The notes under the pieces were generated by a model. It saw nothing but the letters and a program-made list of their open reading frames with translations, ran no database searches and was not told where the DNA came from. Both the position numbers and the translations under genes were made by a program. A stretch of DNA of 63,900 nt, the filler included, from Vicugna vicugna (lineage: Eukaryota): assembly GCA_013265495.1 (NCBI GenBank). It is 78 parts of 77 records of this genome, joined end to end, with 100 filler letters (N's around TTAATTAATTAA, not from the genome) between each part and the next. Parts side by side here need not be neighbours in the genome. Positions count along the whole stretch, not along the records: positions 24,944 to 26,194 come from MU058395.1; positions 26,295 to 27,043 come from MU058396.1; positions 27,144 to 27,600 come from PNXW01004392.1; positions 27,701 to 28,465 come from MU058398.1; positions 28,566 to 29,714 come from MU058399.1; positions 29,815 to 30,533 come from PNXW01004400.1; positions 30,634 to 31,570 come from PNXW01004404.1; positions 31,671 to 32,486 come from PNXW01004405.1; 70 more parts are not named here. One strand, 5' to 3'. The stretch's first letter is position 1. Every line of letters begins with the position of its first letter. This document shows positions 24,844 through 36,642 of the stretch, one piece after another.

Positions 24844-24943
24844 NNNNNNNNNNNNNNNNNNNNNNNNNNNNNNNNNNNNNNNNNNNNTTAATTAATTAAN
24901 NNNNNNNNNNNNNNNNNNNNNNNNNNNNNNNNNNNNNNNNNNN

Positions 24944-26194
24944 GTTTTCCTAATGTCTATGTTCCCGGGAATGCTAGGGGTGATTACATGATATCCCAGT
25001 GTCTGAGTCTGCCTCCCAAAGGTCAGGGAAGTTGTTTCTCCGACTTCCCCGAACAGGGAACACCTGTGACTGAAGAGAGCTGCGTGGAGTTGTCTCTCGA
25101 ACTCCCCCACGCAATGACAATGGTTCCGGAATCCTGAGCTTGTGGAGGTTCCACCAACGNNNNNNNNNNNNNNNNNNNNNNNNNNNNNNNNNNNNNNNNN
25201 NNNNNNNNNNNNNNNNNNNNNNNNNNNNNNNNNNNNNNNNNNNNNNNNNNNNNNNNNNNNNNNNNNNNNNNNNNNNNNNNNNNNNNNNNNNNNNNNNNNN
25301 NNNNNNNNNNNNNNNNNNNNNNNNNNNNNNNNNNNNNNNNNNNNNNNNNNNNNNNNNNNNNNNNNNNNNNNNNNNNNNNNNNNNNNNNNNNNNNNNNNNN
25401 NNNNNNNNNNNNNNNNNNNNNNNNNNNNNNNNNNNNNNNNNNNNNNNNNNNNNNNNNNNNNNNNNNNNNNNNNNNNNNNNNNNNNNNNNNNNNNNNNNNN
25501 NNNNNNNNNNNNNNNNNNNNNNNNNNNNNNNNNNNNNNNNNNNNNNNNNNNNNNNNNNNNNNNNNNNNNNNNNNNNNNNNNNNNNNNNNNNNNNNNNNNN
25601 NNNNNNNNNNNNNNNNNNNNNNNNNNNNNNNNNNNNNNNNNNNNNNNNNNNNNNNNNNNNNNNNNNNNNNNNNNNNNNNNNNNNNNNNNNNNNNNNNNNN
25701 NNNNNNNNNNNNNNNNNNNNNNNNNNNNNNNNNNNNNNNNNNNNNNNNNNNNNNNNNNNNNNNNNNNNNNNNNNNNNNNNNNNNNNNNNNNNNNNNNNNN
25801 NNNNNNNNNNNNNNNNNNNNNNNNNNNNNNNNNNNNNNNNNNNNNNNNNNNNNNNNNNNNNNNNNNNNNNNNNNNNNNNNNNNNNNNNNNNNNNNNNNNN
25901 NNNNNNNNNNNNNNNNNNNNNNNNNNNNNNNNNNNNNNNNNNNNNNNNNNNNNNNNNNNNNNNNNNNNNNNNNNNNNNNNNNNNNNNNNNNNNNNNNNNN
26001 NNNNNNNNNNNNNNNNNNNNNNNNNNNNNNNNNNNNNNNNNNNNNNNNNNNNNNNNNNNNNNNNNNNNNNNNNNNNNNNNNNNNNNNNNNNNNNNNNNNN
26101 NNNNNNNNNNNNNNNNNNNNNNNNNNNNNNNNNGAGCTGCGTGGAATTTTCTCTCATGCTCCCCCACGCACTGACAATGTTTCCGGAATCCTGA
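24944..26194 (-). repeat. Satellite C (mostly gap)
   Basis: Monomer sequence on both flanks. Confidence 0.92.
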
Positions 26195-26294
26195 NNNNNN
26201 NNNNNNNNNNNNNNNNNNNNNNNNNNNNNNNNNNNNNNTTAATTAATTAANNNNNNNNNNNNNNNNNNNNNNNNNNNNNNNNNNNNNNNNNNNN

Positions 26295-27043
26295 TAAACT
26301 CCAGAAGTATTCTTCTGTGAAAAATGCACGAATTCAAAATTTGTGTTAGGGAAAGCTAGTGAAAATGTGTACACGAATCTATATGAAATTATTCCTTTTA
26401 TAGAGAATGAAAAATCAGTAATCCACATGATCTCAAATCAGGAATGCATGTTTGTCGAATCCGTCATGCATGTAACATGTACGGAACACGGAAGATCATG
26501 TAGATAGAATCTANNNNNNNNNNNNNNNNNNNNNNNNNNNNNNNNNNNNNNNNNNNNNNNNNNNNNNNNNNNNNNNNNNNNNNNNNNNNNNNNNNNNNNN
26601 NNNNNNNNNNNNNNNNNNNNNNNNNNNNNNNNNNNNNNNNNNNNNNNNNNNNNNNNNNNNNNNNNNNNNNNNNNNNNNNNNNNNNNNNNNNNNNNNNNNN
26701 NNNNNNNNNNNNNNNNNNNTATTGCATGAAACATGTTCGGAATACGGAATGCCATGGTTATGTAAACAATGTAAATTATATGTGTATTGGTGAGAATTCG
26801 CTCAAAGAGGCTTTTCTAGTGCCAAATGTCAGATTTTAGTACCTGGTGACAGAAAAAACTTCTGAAGTCCGAGTAAATATTTCTAAGTGTATATATGCCT
26901 TGTTTGGTGGATGAAAGTTCACTAATCCAAATGCTCACAACTCAGAAACGCATGTTTGCCGAATCCGTCATGCATGTAGCATTTACGGATCACGGAAGAT
27001 CATTTAGATAAAATCTATTCAAATTACATATCTCTAGGGTAGA
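26295..27043 (+). repeat. Satellite A (gapped)
   Basis: Monomer anchors at ~26405 and 26909. Confidence 0.93.
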
Positions 27044-27700
27044 NNNNNNNNNNNNNNNNNNNNNNNNNNNNNNNNNNNNNNNNNNNNTTAATTAATTAAN
27101 NNNNNNNNNNNNNNNNNNNNNNNNNNNNNNNNNNNNNNNNNNNTTATTTCCAAGGTAATCACGGGCATGCAGCAAATTCCGCAGCTTCAATGACCTCATC
27201 TCAATGTTGGGGCCAATAAAACTACCGAGCAAAGTGCGTGATGATTATGGCCAACATCTGTTTACTAGGTAAGTGCCCGTGACAGCTGCTGCTTAAGGGG
27301 GAATGTGTACGATCAATGAGGCCCTGTCTACCTGGCCACTCACGCCCTGCCTTCCTGCCTTGGTGCAGCAGCAGAGATTGTTTAGCTGAGATGAACGCCC
27401 CCAGAGCAGCCCCAACGGGAAAACCCCCAGCTAGTGTTCTTTTCCTTCTCAGAGCTGATCACAGTTTGCTGTCGTCTGTTTTTATGTTGATCCCTTTTAT
27501 AACCGCCTCTCCTTCGGAGTTTTTGCTCAAGCAGCACAGGGCAAGTTGTGTCTTGGTTCCTGCGGGATATTCTGGGCAGGGAAACAGCCAACCCCACATC
27601 NNNNNNNNNNNNNNNNNNNNNNNNNNNNNNNNNNNNNNNNNNNNTTAATTAATTAANNNNNNNNNNNNNNNNNNNNNNNNNNNNNNNNNNNNNNNNNNNN

Positions 27701-28465
27701 TTAGGAAAACACTCAGGGGAGACGAGCTTAGGCAATCCGTAAGAACCGACGCGCTACCGACCTTTGCTGAAACCTCCCCACGCTCAGGATTCCGGAACCA
27801 TTGTCAGTGCGTGGGGGAGCTCGAGAGACAACTCCACGCAGCTCTCTTCAATCACAGGTGTTCCCTGTTCGGGGAAGTCCGAGAAATACCTTNNNNNNNN
27901 NNNNNNNNNNNNNNNNNNNNNNNNNNNNNNNNNNNNNNNNNNNNNNNNNNNNNNNNNNNNNNNNNNNNNNNNNNNNNNNNNNNNNNNNNNNNNNNNNNNN
28001 NNNNNNNNNNNNNNNNNNNNNNNNNNNNNNNNNNNNNNNNNNNNNNNNNNNNNNNNNNNNNNNNNNNNNNNNNNNNNNNNNNNNNNNNNNNNNNNNNNNN
28101 NNNNNNNNNNNNNNNNNNNNNNNNNNNNNNNNNNNNNNNNNNNNNNNNNNNNNNNNNNNNNNNNNNNNNNNNNNNNNNNNNNNNNNNNNNNNNNNNNNNN
28201 NNNNNNNNNNNNNNNNNNNNNNNNNNNNNNNNNNNNNNNNNNNNNNNNNNNNNNNNNNNNNNNNNNNNNNNNNNNNNNNNNNNNNNNNNNNNNNNNNNNN
28301 NNNNNNNNNNNNNNNNNNNNNNNNNNNNNNNNNNNNNNNNNNNNNNNNNNNNNNNNNNNNNNNNNNNNNNNNNNNNNGTGTTCCCTGTTCGGGTAAGTCC
28401 GAGAAATATCTTTCCTGACGTCGGGGAGGCAGCCTCTGACACTGGGATATCCTGCAATCACCCCT
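27701..28465 (+). repeat. Satellite C (gapped)
   Basis: Matches the 267-bp monomer. Confidence 0.94.
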
Positions 28466-28620
28466 NNNNNNNNNNNNNNNNNNNNNNNNNNNNNNNNNNN
28501 NNNNNNNNNTTAATTAATTAANNNNNNNNNNNNNNNNNNNNNNNNNNNNNNNNNNNNNNNNNNNNTTTTGGAGGGAAGTCTGTGATAGCAGAACCAATGA
28601 CAGTATCCCTTCTATATCTG

Positions 28621-28775
28621 TAGAATTACTTAGGTTATGAACTATTTGTAACCCATGAAGGGGATATGCTTCCTTTCAAGGGAGAACCTATCACTGATTC
28701 AGGGGTCAGCAGGTGCTAGCTGTCGTCTTCATTCTGAATAGAACCAGTGAAGCTGTGGACATGCCCTGAGGGAAA
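28621..28775 (+). repeat. Low-copy duplicated sequence, paralogue of 59853-60007
   Basis: 9 mismatches in 155 nt, no gaps. Confidence 0.92.
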
Positions 28776-29814
28776 NNNNNNNNNNNNNNNNNNNNNNNNN
28801 NNNNNNNNNNNNNNNNNNNNNNNNNNNNNNNNNNNNNNNNNNNNNNNNNNNNNNNNNNNNNNNNNNNNNNNNNNNNNNNNNNNNNNNNNNNNNNNNNNNN
28901 NNNNNNNNNNNNNNNNNNNNNNNNNNNNNNNNNNNNNNNNNNNNNNNNNNNNNNNNNNNNNNNNNNNNNNNNNNNNNNNNNNNNNNNNNNNNNNNNNNNN
29001 NNNNNNNNNNNNNNNNNNNNNNNNNNNNNNNNNNNNNNNNNNNNNNNNNNNNNNNNNNNNNNNNNNNNNNNNNNNNNNNNNNNNNNNNNNNNNNNNNNNN
29101 NNNNNNNNNNNNNNNNNNNNNNNNNNNNNNNNNNNNNNNNNNNNNNNNNNNNNNNNNNNNNNNNNNNNNNNNNNNNNNNNNNNNNNNNNNNNNNNNNNNN
29201 NNNNNNNNNNNNNNNNNNNNNNNNNNNNNNNNNNNNNNNNNNNNNNNNNNNNNNNNNNNNNNNNNNNNNNNNNNNNNNNNNNNNNNNNNNNNNNNNNNNN
29301 NNNNNNNNNNNNNNNNNNNNNNNNNNNNNNNNNNNNNNNNNNNNNNNNNNNNNNNNNNNNNNNNNNNNNNNNNNNNNNNNNNNNNNNNNNNNNNNNNNNN
29401 NNNNNNNNNNNNNNNNNNNNNNNNNNNNNNNNNNNNNNNNCAGGCATGTGAAAAACTCTACGTAAGTATTAGCTACGAATATGGTGACCAAAGTCTTAAA
29501 AAGGTGTTTTTATTAGTTTTTAAGCCATCAGTTTGTAGAGAAAGGGCATTTTATTTTCTCCTCTACTCTCTTTCATCATCCTTTTCTTCACAGTTAAATC
29601 TTCATGCTTGTGAAAGGAATAACTTTTTGGTGTGTGGGTGATTAAATTTGAAAATTAGTTAAGGCTGAAAAAAATGTATTATAGAAGGTATATTAAGCCT
29701 TCCTCTCTTGTACANNNNNNNNNNNNNNNNNNNNNNNNNNNNNNNNNNNNNNNNNNNNTTAATTAATTAANNNNNNNNNNNNNNNNNNNNNNNNNNNNNN
29801 NNNNNNNNNNNNNN

Positions 29815-30533
29815 AGGAAAACCCTCAGGGGAGACAAGCTTAGGCATTCCGATCGAACCGACGCGCTGCCGACCGTTGCTGGAAACTCTCCACGCTCAGA
29901 ATTCCGGAACCATTGTCAGTGCGTGGGGGAGCTCGAGAGACAATTCCACGCAGCTCTCTTCAATCACAGGTGTTCCCTGTTCGGAAAAGTCCGAGAAATA
30001 TTTCCTCTGACCTTGGGGAGGCAGCCTCTTTCACTGGGATATCCTGTAAATCCCCCTAGCATTCCCTGGCACAGAGACATTAGGAAAACCCTCAGGGGAG
30101 CCGAGCTTAGGCTTTCCGTTAGAACCCACGCGCTGCCGACTTTTGGTGGAACCTCCCCACGCTCAGGATTCCGGAACCATAGTCAGTGCGTGGGGGAGCT
30201 CGAGAGACAACTCCACAAAGCTCTCTTCAGTCACAGGTGTTCCCTGTTCGGGGAAGTCCGAGAAATAACTTCGCTGACGTTGGGGAGGCAGCCTCTGTCA
30301 CTGGGATATCCTGCCAACCCCCCATAGCATTCCCTGGTATAGAGATATTAGGACAACCTTCAGGGGAGACGAGCTTAGACTTTCCGTTAGAACCCACGCG
30401 CTGCTGACCGTTGGTGGAACCTCCCCACGCTCAGGATTCCGGAATAATTGTCAGTGCGTAGAGGAGCACGAGAGACAAATCCACGCATTTCTCTTCAGTC
30501 ACAGGTGTTCCGTGTTCGGGGAAGTCCGAGAAA
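29815..30533 (+). repeat. Satellite C, 267-bp monomer, ~2.7 ungapped copies
   Basis: The AGGAAAACCCTCAGGGGAG anchor occurs at 29815, 30082 and 30350; intact CpG sites recur (TTCCGGAA, GAGCTCGAG). Confidence 0.96.
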
Positions 30534-30691
30534 NNNNNNNNNNNNNNNNNNNNNNNNNNNNNNNNNNNNNNNNNNNNTTAATTAATTAANNNNNNNNNNN
30601 NNNNNNNNNNNNNNNNNNNNNNNNNNNNNNNNNTTTCTTTTCTGTCTGGTCTATTTTCTATGTATCCATTCTTTACCTTCATCTTCCTCAG

Positions 30692-30707
30692 CTTTGATGC
30701 AGGGCAG
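30692..30707 (+). other. Candidate 16-nt microexon
   Basis: Long pyrimidine tract + CAG|CTTTGATGCAGGGCAG|GTAAGA. Confidence 0.4.
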
Positions 30708-31439
30708 GTAAGAATGTATGGAATTAAAGTATCTAGGTCCTAGTTATTATAGAGTATCCTGTGAATCCAGTTAAGTAATAACTCCACAATGCTCCTGGAT
30801 GTTACTGTGCCTTCAAGAATACTTACACACACACTCACATGGGATGTGGTTTATAACACTGTATTTTGAGTGGGTCTAAGGAATTTCCATCAGGGCCTCT
30901 GTGTGTCTAGGGGGGTGGCCATGGGTTAACACTGGGATTGTGGATACCGCCTCAATCAGAAAATCCTTGAAGTCTACTAGTCATCTGGGTACATTTTTTT
31001 GCTTGAATAAAATGCCCTGAACCTTGAAAGCATTTTGAAAATTAATTCCCTAGGAGTGGTATTTGTTTATTAACAGTGAAGTTCACATTACATAAAGTAT
31101 GTGTGAAGGAAATTAGTGGTACAAATTACAAAATTGCTTTTGTTATATTTTTAGATGTTTATTGGGCTCCCGTATTCATGACACTGTGTTACAATTGTAA
31201 GTGAGAGAGACAAAGATGATCAAAAAGAGACTGATTTCAAAGGTCAATGATCTTCTAAGAGAAATAAAACTTTAACCAGTGATTAGGAAGAGACTTTTGC
31301 ACTAAAGAAAGGGTAGGTTTAGGACAGATGAAAAGGAAAAATGATAATCAAAGACACAGAGAGAGGAAATTTTGCAGTATACTCAGGAAACCTTATAAAG
31401 GAATTCAGTTTGCCTGAGAGAGGCGCTCCAGTATTTCAG

Positions 31440-31570
31440 TGAATACCGATCCTGCAAAACTGGCCTCTGTACTCTGAAAACTGAATTAGGACTCAGAGGC
31501 AGAGTTTTGGGGAAATCAGAAAAGGAGAGCTTTATTGTTTTGCCAGGGAAAGGGGAGTCGCAACAGGCTA
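31440..31570. mobile_element. ERV LTR fragment
   Basis: CAGAGTTTTGGGGAAATCAGAAAAGGAGAGCTTTATTGTTTTGCCAGGGAAAGGGG resembles laurasiatherian ERV1-class LTR ends (recalled; family unassigned). Confidence 0.55.
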
Positions 31571-31670
31571 NNNNNNNNNNNNNNNNNNNNNNNNNNNNNN
31601 NNNNNNNNNNNNNNTTAATTAATTAANNNNNNNNNNNNNNNNNNNNNNNNNNNNNNNNNNNNNNNNNNNN

Positions 31671-32486
31671 TTTACAGTGCAAACGGCAGGCATTTCAATG
31701 CGGCACTAGGAAACAAACTGAGAACCCAGAGGTATCGTTTCTCCTGCAACCCGTTCCCTTTGTGCTGGATGAACGAACGTCTCTCCACATGCTCAGTTCT
31801 GAGAGATAAGTGTGTGTGAAAGCCGTCCTTCACCTAGCTTGAAGGGAACACAAAGTTACTCCATACATATATAAGGGGAGGTACAAGCTCCAACTCGGAT
31901 TACAGTGAAAACAGCAGGCACTTCAAACATGCACTAGGAAACAGACTTAGAAACCAGAGTAAGTGTTTCTCCTGCAAACCGTTCCCTTTGTCCTGGATGA
32001 AAGAACGTCTCTCCACATGCTTATTTCTGAGAGATAAGTGTGTGTGAAAGCCGTCCTTCACCTAGCTTGAAGGGAACACAAAGTTCCTTTTCAGTTGCTA
32101 ACTCCCCTCCATACATATATCAGGGGAAGTACAAGCTCCAATTCGGATTACAGTGAAAACAGCAGGCACTTCAAACAGGCACTAGGAAACAGACTGAGAA
32201 ACCTGAGTAAGATTTTTCCCTGCAACCCGTTCCCTTTGTGCTGGATGAACGAACGTCTCTCCACATGCTCAGTTCTGAGAAATTAGTGTGTGTGAAAGCC
32301 GTCCTTCACCTAGCTTGAAGGGAACACAAAGTTCCTTTTCAGTTGCCAACTCCACTCCATACATTTATATGGGGAGGTACAAGCTCCAACTCCATTTTAC
32401 ACTGAAAACGACAGGCACGTCAAACCAGCATTAGGAAACAAACTGAGAAACCAGAGGAAGTGTTTCCCCTGCAACCCGTTCCCTTT
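31671..32486 (+). repeat. Satellite B, ~3.3 monomers
   Basis: CTCCACATGC at 31783, 32011 and 32259 (periods 228 with a ~20-bp deletion, and 248). Confidence 0.95.
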
Positions 32487-33212
32487 NNNNNNNNNNNNNN
32501 NNNNNNNNNNNNNNNNNNNNNNNNNNNNNNTTAATTAATTAANNNNNNNNNNNNNNNNNNNNNNNNNNNNNNNNNNNNNNNNNNNNTTGACATCTAGCAA
32601 GTTTCCACAGCCCACATGTAACATTATCGTGTACCAATGAAAGGAAGAGTCCACAGGCAGGAAAAATCAATGCCACAGGAATGCTGAAACCCAGGCTGGA
32701 GGAAAGGAAGAGAAAGGGCATAGTTAAGAAGTGGGGAAAGGCTGGGGAAAAAAAATCATCACAATGACTCTCAAGCATCATCCTAGAATCATATAATCAT
32801 TCATTCAAGAGAGAGTTACTGAGATCCTATTCTGTGCAAGATTGTACAGCAGGCAAAGCAAGAGCGAAGCNNNNNNNNNNNNNNNNNNNNNNNATACACT
32901 TCTGATCCTGGTACCTTGCACACTTGTGCTCAGTATAAAGGCAAAGAAAAAAAAAGTAAAATAATACTCTGTAAACTCAAAGCATTGTTGAAACAAAAGT
33001 TAAAGAAGACCTAAATACCAGGACAGACACTCTACGCACATGCTTCTATCAAAAGACAGTGCTCTTTGGATGGCAGTGCTCCCCACGGCGATCCGTATAC
33101 TCAACATGGCTTNNNNNNNNNNNNNNNNNNNNNNNNNNNNNNNNNNNNNNNNNNNNTTAATTAATTAANNNNNNNNNNNNNNNNNNNNNNNNNNNNNNNN
33201 NNNNNNNNNNNN

Positions 33213-33322
33213 AAAAAGAATATGAAAACAAATATATGTATGTGTGTATGACTGAAGTATTATGCTGTACACCCAACACTGACACATTGTAAACTGAATA
33301 TTCCTCAATAAAAAGGAAAGAA
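33213..33322 (+). mobile_element. L1 3' terminus
   Basis: ATGACTGAAGTATTATGCTGTACACC...ACATTGTAAACTGA...CAATAAAAA. Confidence 0.8.
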
Positions 33323-33721
33323 ATATATGGCATGTGCACTACTAAATGATATGGCTGCCGAACAATATTATTTCCAACAATCATGTTAGACTCCATCAAA
33401 ATTCTGAAAGCATCGCATGAGTTTTGAAATGGCTGCTTTTTCATGAAAAATCACATCTAAACCCTTTCCTCCAACAGCCCTACCCGTGCTTCAGACCAAC
33501 TCACTGTCCCCTTGTCACTGGTGCACACGTGGGACAGTTAGCTTTTCTAGAGTGTACTCTGGGAGGGGGCTGTAAATTTTAATGGTTCCATATGCACAGG
33601 TTTGCAGCTTCCATGGACCAGNNNNNNNNNNNNNNNNNNNNNNNNNNNNNNNNNNNNNNNNNNNNTTAATTAATTAANNNNNNNNNNNNNNNNNNNNNNN
33701 NNNNNNNNNNNNNNNNNNNNN

Positions 33722-34906
33722 CCCCTGAGGGTTTTCCTAATTTCTCTGTGCCAGAGAATGGTAGGGTGGTTTGCAGGTATCCCAGAGTCATACGCTGCCT
33801 CCCCAAGTTCAGGGAAGCTATTTCACGGACTTCCCCGAACCGGGAACTCCTGTGAATGAAGAGAGCTGCATGGAGTTGTCTCTCGAGCTCCCCTACGCAC
33901 TGACAATTTTTCCGGAATCCTGAGCCTGGGGAGGTTCCACCAACGGTCGGCAGCGCGTGGGTTCAAACGGAATGCCTAAGCTCGTCTCCCCTGAGGGTTT
34001 TCCTAATATCTCTGTGACAGGGAATGTTAGGGGGGTTTGCAGGATATCCCAGTGACATACGCTGCCTCCCCAAGATCAGGGAAGTTATTTCCAGATATTC
34101 CCCGAACAGGGAACTCATGTGAATGAAGAGAGCTACGTGGAGTTGTCTCTCGAGCTCCCCCACGCACTGACAATTTTTCCGGAATCCTGAGCCTGGGGAG
34201 GTTCCACCAACGGTCGGCAGCGCGTGGGTTCAAACGNNNNNNNNNNNNNNNNNNNNNNNNNNNNNNNNNNNNNNNNNNNNNNNNNNNNNNNNNNNNNNNN
34301 NNNNNNNNNNNNNNNNNNNNNNNNNNNNNNNNNNNNNNNNNNNNNNNNNNNNNNNNNNNNNNNNNNNNNNNNNNNNNNNNNNNNNNNNNNNNNNNNNNNN
34401 NNNNNNNNNNNNNNNNNNNNNNNNNNNNNNNNNNNNNNNNNNNNNNNNNNNNNNNNNNNNNNNNNNNNNNNNNNNNNNNNNNNNNNNNNNNNNNNNNNNN
34501 NNNNNNNNNNNNNNNNNNNNNNNNNNNNNNNNNNNNNNNNNNNNNNNNNNNNNNNNNNNNNNNNNNNNNNNNNNNNNNNNNNNNNNNNNNNNNNNNNNNN
34601 NNNNNNNNNNNNNNNNNNNNNNNNNNNNNNNNNNNNNNNNNNNNNNNNNNNNNNNNNNNNNNNNNNNNNNNNNNNNNNNNNNNNNNNNNNNNNNNNNNNN
34701 NNNNNNNNNNNNNNNNNNNNNNNNNNNNNNNNNNNNNNNNNNAGCTCGTCTCCCCTGAGGGTTTTCCTAATGTCTCTGTGTCAGGGAATGTTAGGGGGGT
34801 TTGCAGGATATCCCAGTGACATACGCTGCCTCCCCAAGGTCAGGGAAGTTATTTCCAGATATTCCCCGTACAGGGAACTCCTGTGAATGAAGAGAGCTAC
34901 GTGGAG
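33722..34906 (-). repeat. Satellite C, distinct homogenised variant
   Basis: Monomers share private variants (CATACGCTGCC, GAACTC-TGTGAATG, TTCAAACG). Confidence 0.94.
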
Positions 34907-35099
34907 NNNNNNNNNNNNNNNNNNNNNNNNNNNNNNNNNNNNNNNNNNNNTTAATTAATTAANNNNNNNNNNNNNNNNNNNNNNNNNNNNNNNNNNNNNN
35001 NNNNNNTTTTGGGGCTAAAATATCATTCATTGTACTTGAATCTGTTTGTCTCCTTTACTACAACTTGTTTTTATCAATGTGAACATTAAAAAAGAAGGT

Positions 35100-35495
35100 T
35101 GTGCTAGGCTGAATAATAACTCCCTAAGGAATGTTCATGTCCTAATTTCTGCAACACATGAATATTTAACTTATATAGTAAAAGATGGGATTGAGTGAAG
35201 GATCTTGAGATGGGAAGATTACTTTAATTTATCCAGGTGGACCGTAATTGCAATCACAAGTAACTTTATAAGAGGAGATACAGTGATTTGACACAGACAG
35301 AAGTCATTGTGACCAAGGAAAGCTGGAAGAGGTGAGGAAGACATTCTCCCCTAGAGCTTCCAGAGGGCGTATGAGTTGGCCAGCATCTTGACTTTGGTCC
35401 AGTGAAATTGTATTTAGACATCTGGCCTCCATAACATGAGAGAATAAATTTATGTTTGTGGTAATTTATTACAAAAGCTTCCATAAAATGATACA
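35100..35495 (+). mobile_element. MaLR solo LTR (MLT1-type)
   Basis: TG...CA termini; GATCTTGAGATGGGAAGATTA, TTCTCCCCTAGAGCTTCCAGAGG, AGAATAAATTT, TTTGTGGTAATTT. Confidence 0.85.
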
Positions 35496-35907
35496 ACATT
35501 ATTGATAATTATTCAGTCTTTAACAGCAGGAAAAAATAAGATTTGTTTAGAATAAGATGGTGGAATGAATCTGTAATTTTTTATGTGTTTAGGAAAATAA
35601 TAAATATTTGGAGTAAATTTTTTTTTGCTCCCCTGTTGTAGGACCTGTATTGAATAGTTTTTAGATAAAGGGCAGTAATAGGCATTGATTAGGTTCAGAA
35701 TTCCCGGGGTGTTTCATTTCCCCTTTTTGAAAACTCAGCTGCTTTATTTCTCCTGAGGAGAACAATGAATCTGGGCTCTATTAGCCTCCATTCTCCTATC
35801 TTCTCTTNNNNNNNNNNNNNNNNNNNNNNNNNNNNNNNNNNNNNNNNNNNNTTAATTAATTAANNNNNNNNNNNNNNNNNNNNNNNNNNNNNNNNNNNNN
35901 NNNNNNN

Positions 35908-36642
35908 AAAATTCTATATTCAGTATTCTGTTTTCTATATTCTAAATTTTGTTTTCTGCATTCCATATTCTCAATTCTGGTTTTTCTATTCTGTTTTCCA
36001 TATTCTATATTCTGTGTTCTTCATTGTATATTCTGTATACTATATTCTGCTTTCCGTATTCTATATTCTATATTCTGTGTTCTACATTGTATATTCTAAA
36101 TTATATACTCAGTATTCGGTATTNNNNNNNNNNNNNNNNNNNNNNNNNNNNNNNNNNNNNNNNNNNNNNNNNNNNNNNNNNNNNNNNNNNNNNNNNNNNT
36201 TCTGTTTTCTCCATGTTCTATATTCGGAGTTCTGCCTTCTATATTCTTTATTGTGTATTCTGCATGCCTTATTCTATATTCTGTGTTCTACATTCTATAT
36301 TCTAATATCTGTATCCAGTATTCTGTATTCTATACTCTAAATTCTGTTCTGCATTCCATGTTCTAAATTATGGGTTCTACATTCTCTATTCTATATTTTG
36401 TGCTCATTAATCTATATTCTATATTCTATATTCTGCATTCCATACTCTATATTCTATATTCTGTGTTCTTCATTCTATATTCTAAATTCTATATTCAGTA
36501 TTCTGTATTTTATATTCCAAATTCTGTTTTCTGCATTCCATGTTCTAAAATCTATATTAAGTATTCTATATTCTAAATTCTGAGTTCTGCTTTCCAGGTT
36601 CTAAATTCTATATTCAGTATTCTGTATTCTATATTCTAATTG
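35908..36642 (+). repeat. Heptamer satellite
   Basis: 7-nt TTC periodicity. Confidence 0.95.

Noticed and set aside
30165..30180. TTCCGGAA in satellite C, and GAA repeats in the heptamer satellite, as heat-shock elements linked to HSFY
   Set aside because: Only two inverted nGAAn units in C and direct 7-nt spacing in the heptamer; a canonical HSE needs three alternating units. Co-occurrence with HSFY is an artefact of concatenation.
29923..30407. Recurrent ORFs (GELERQLHAALFSHRCSLFGEVREI...) as a repeat-protein family
   Set aside because: Translations of satellite C. 267 is divisible by 3, so peptides recur; stops and frameshifts vary among copies.
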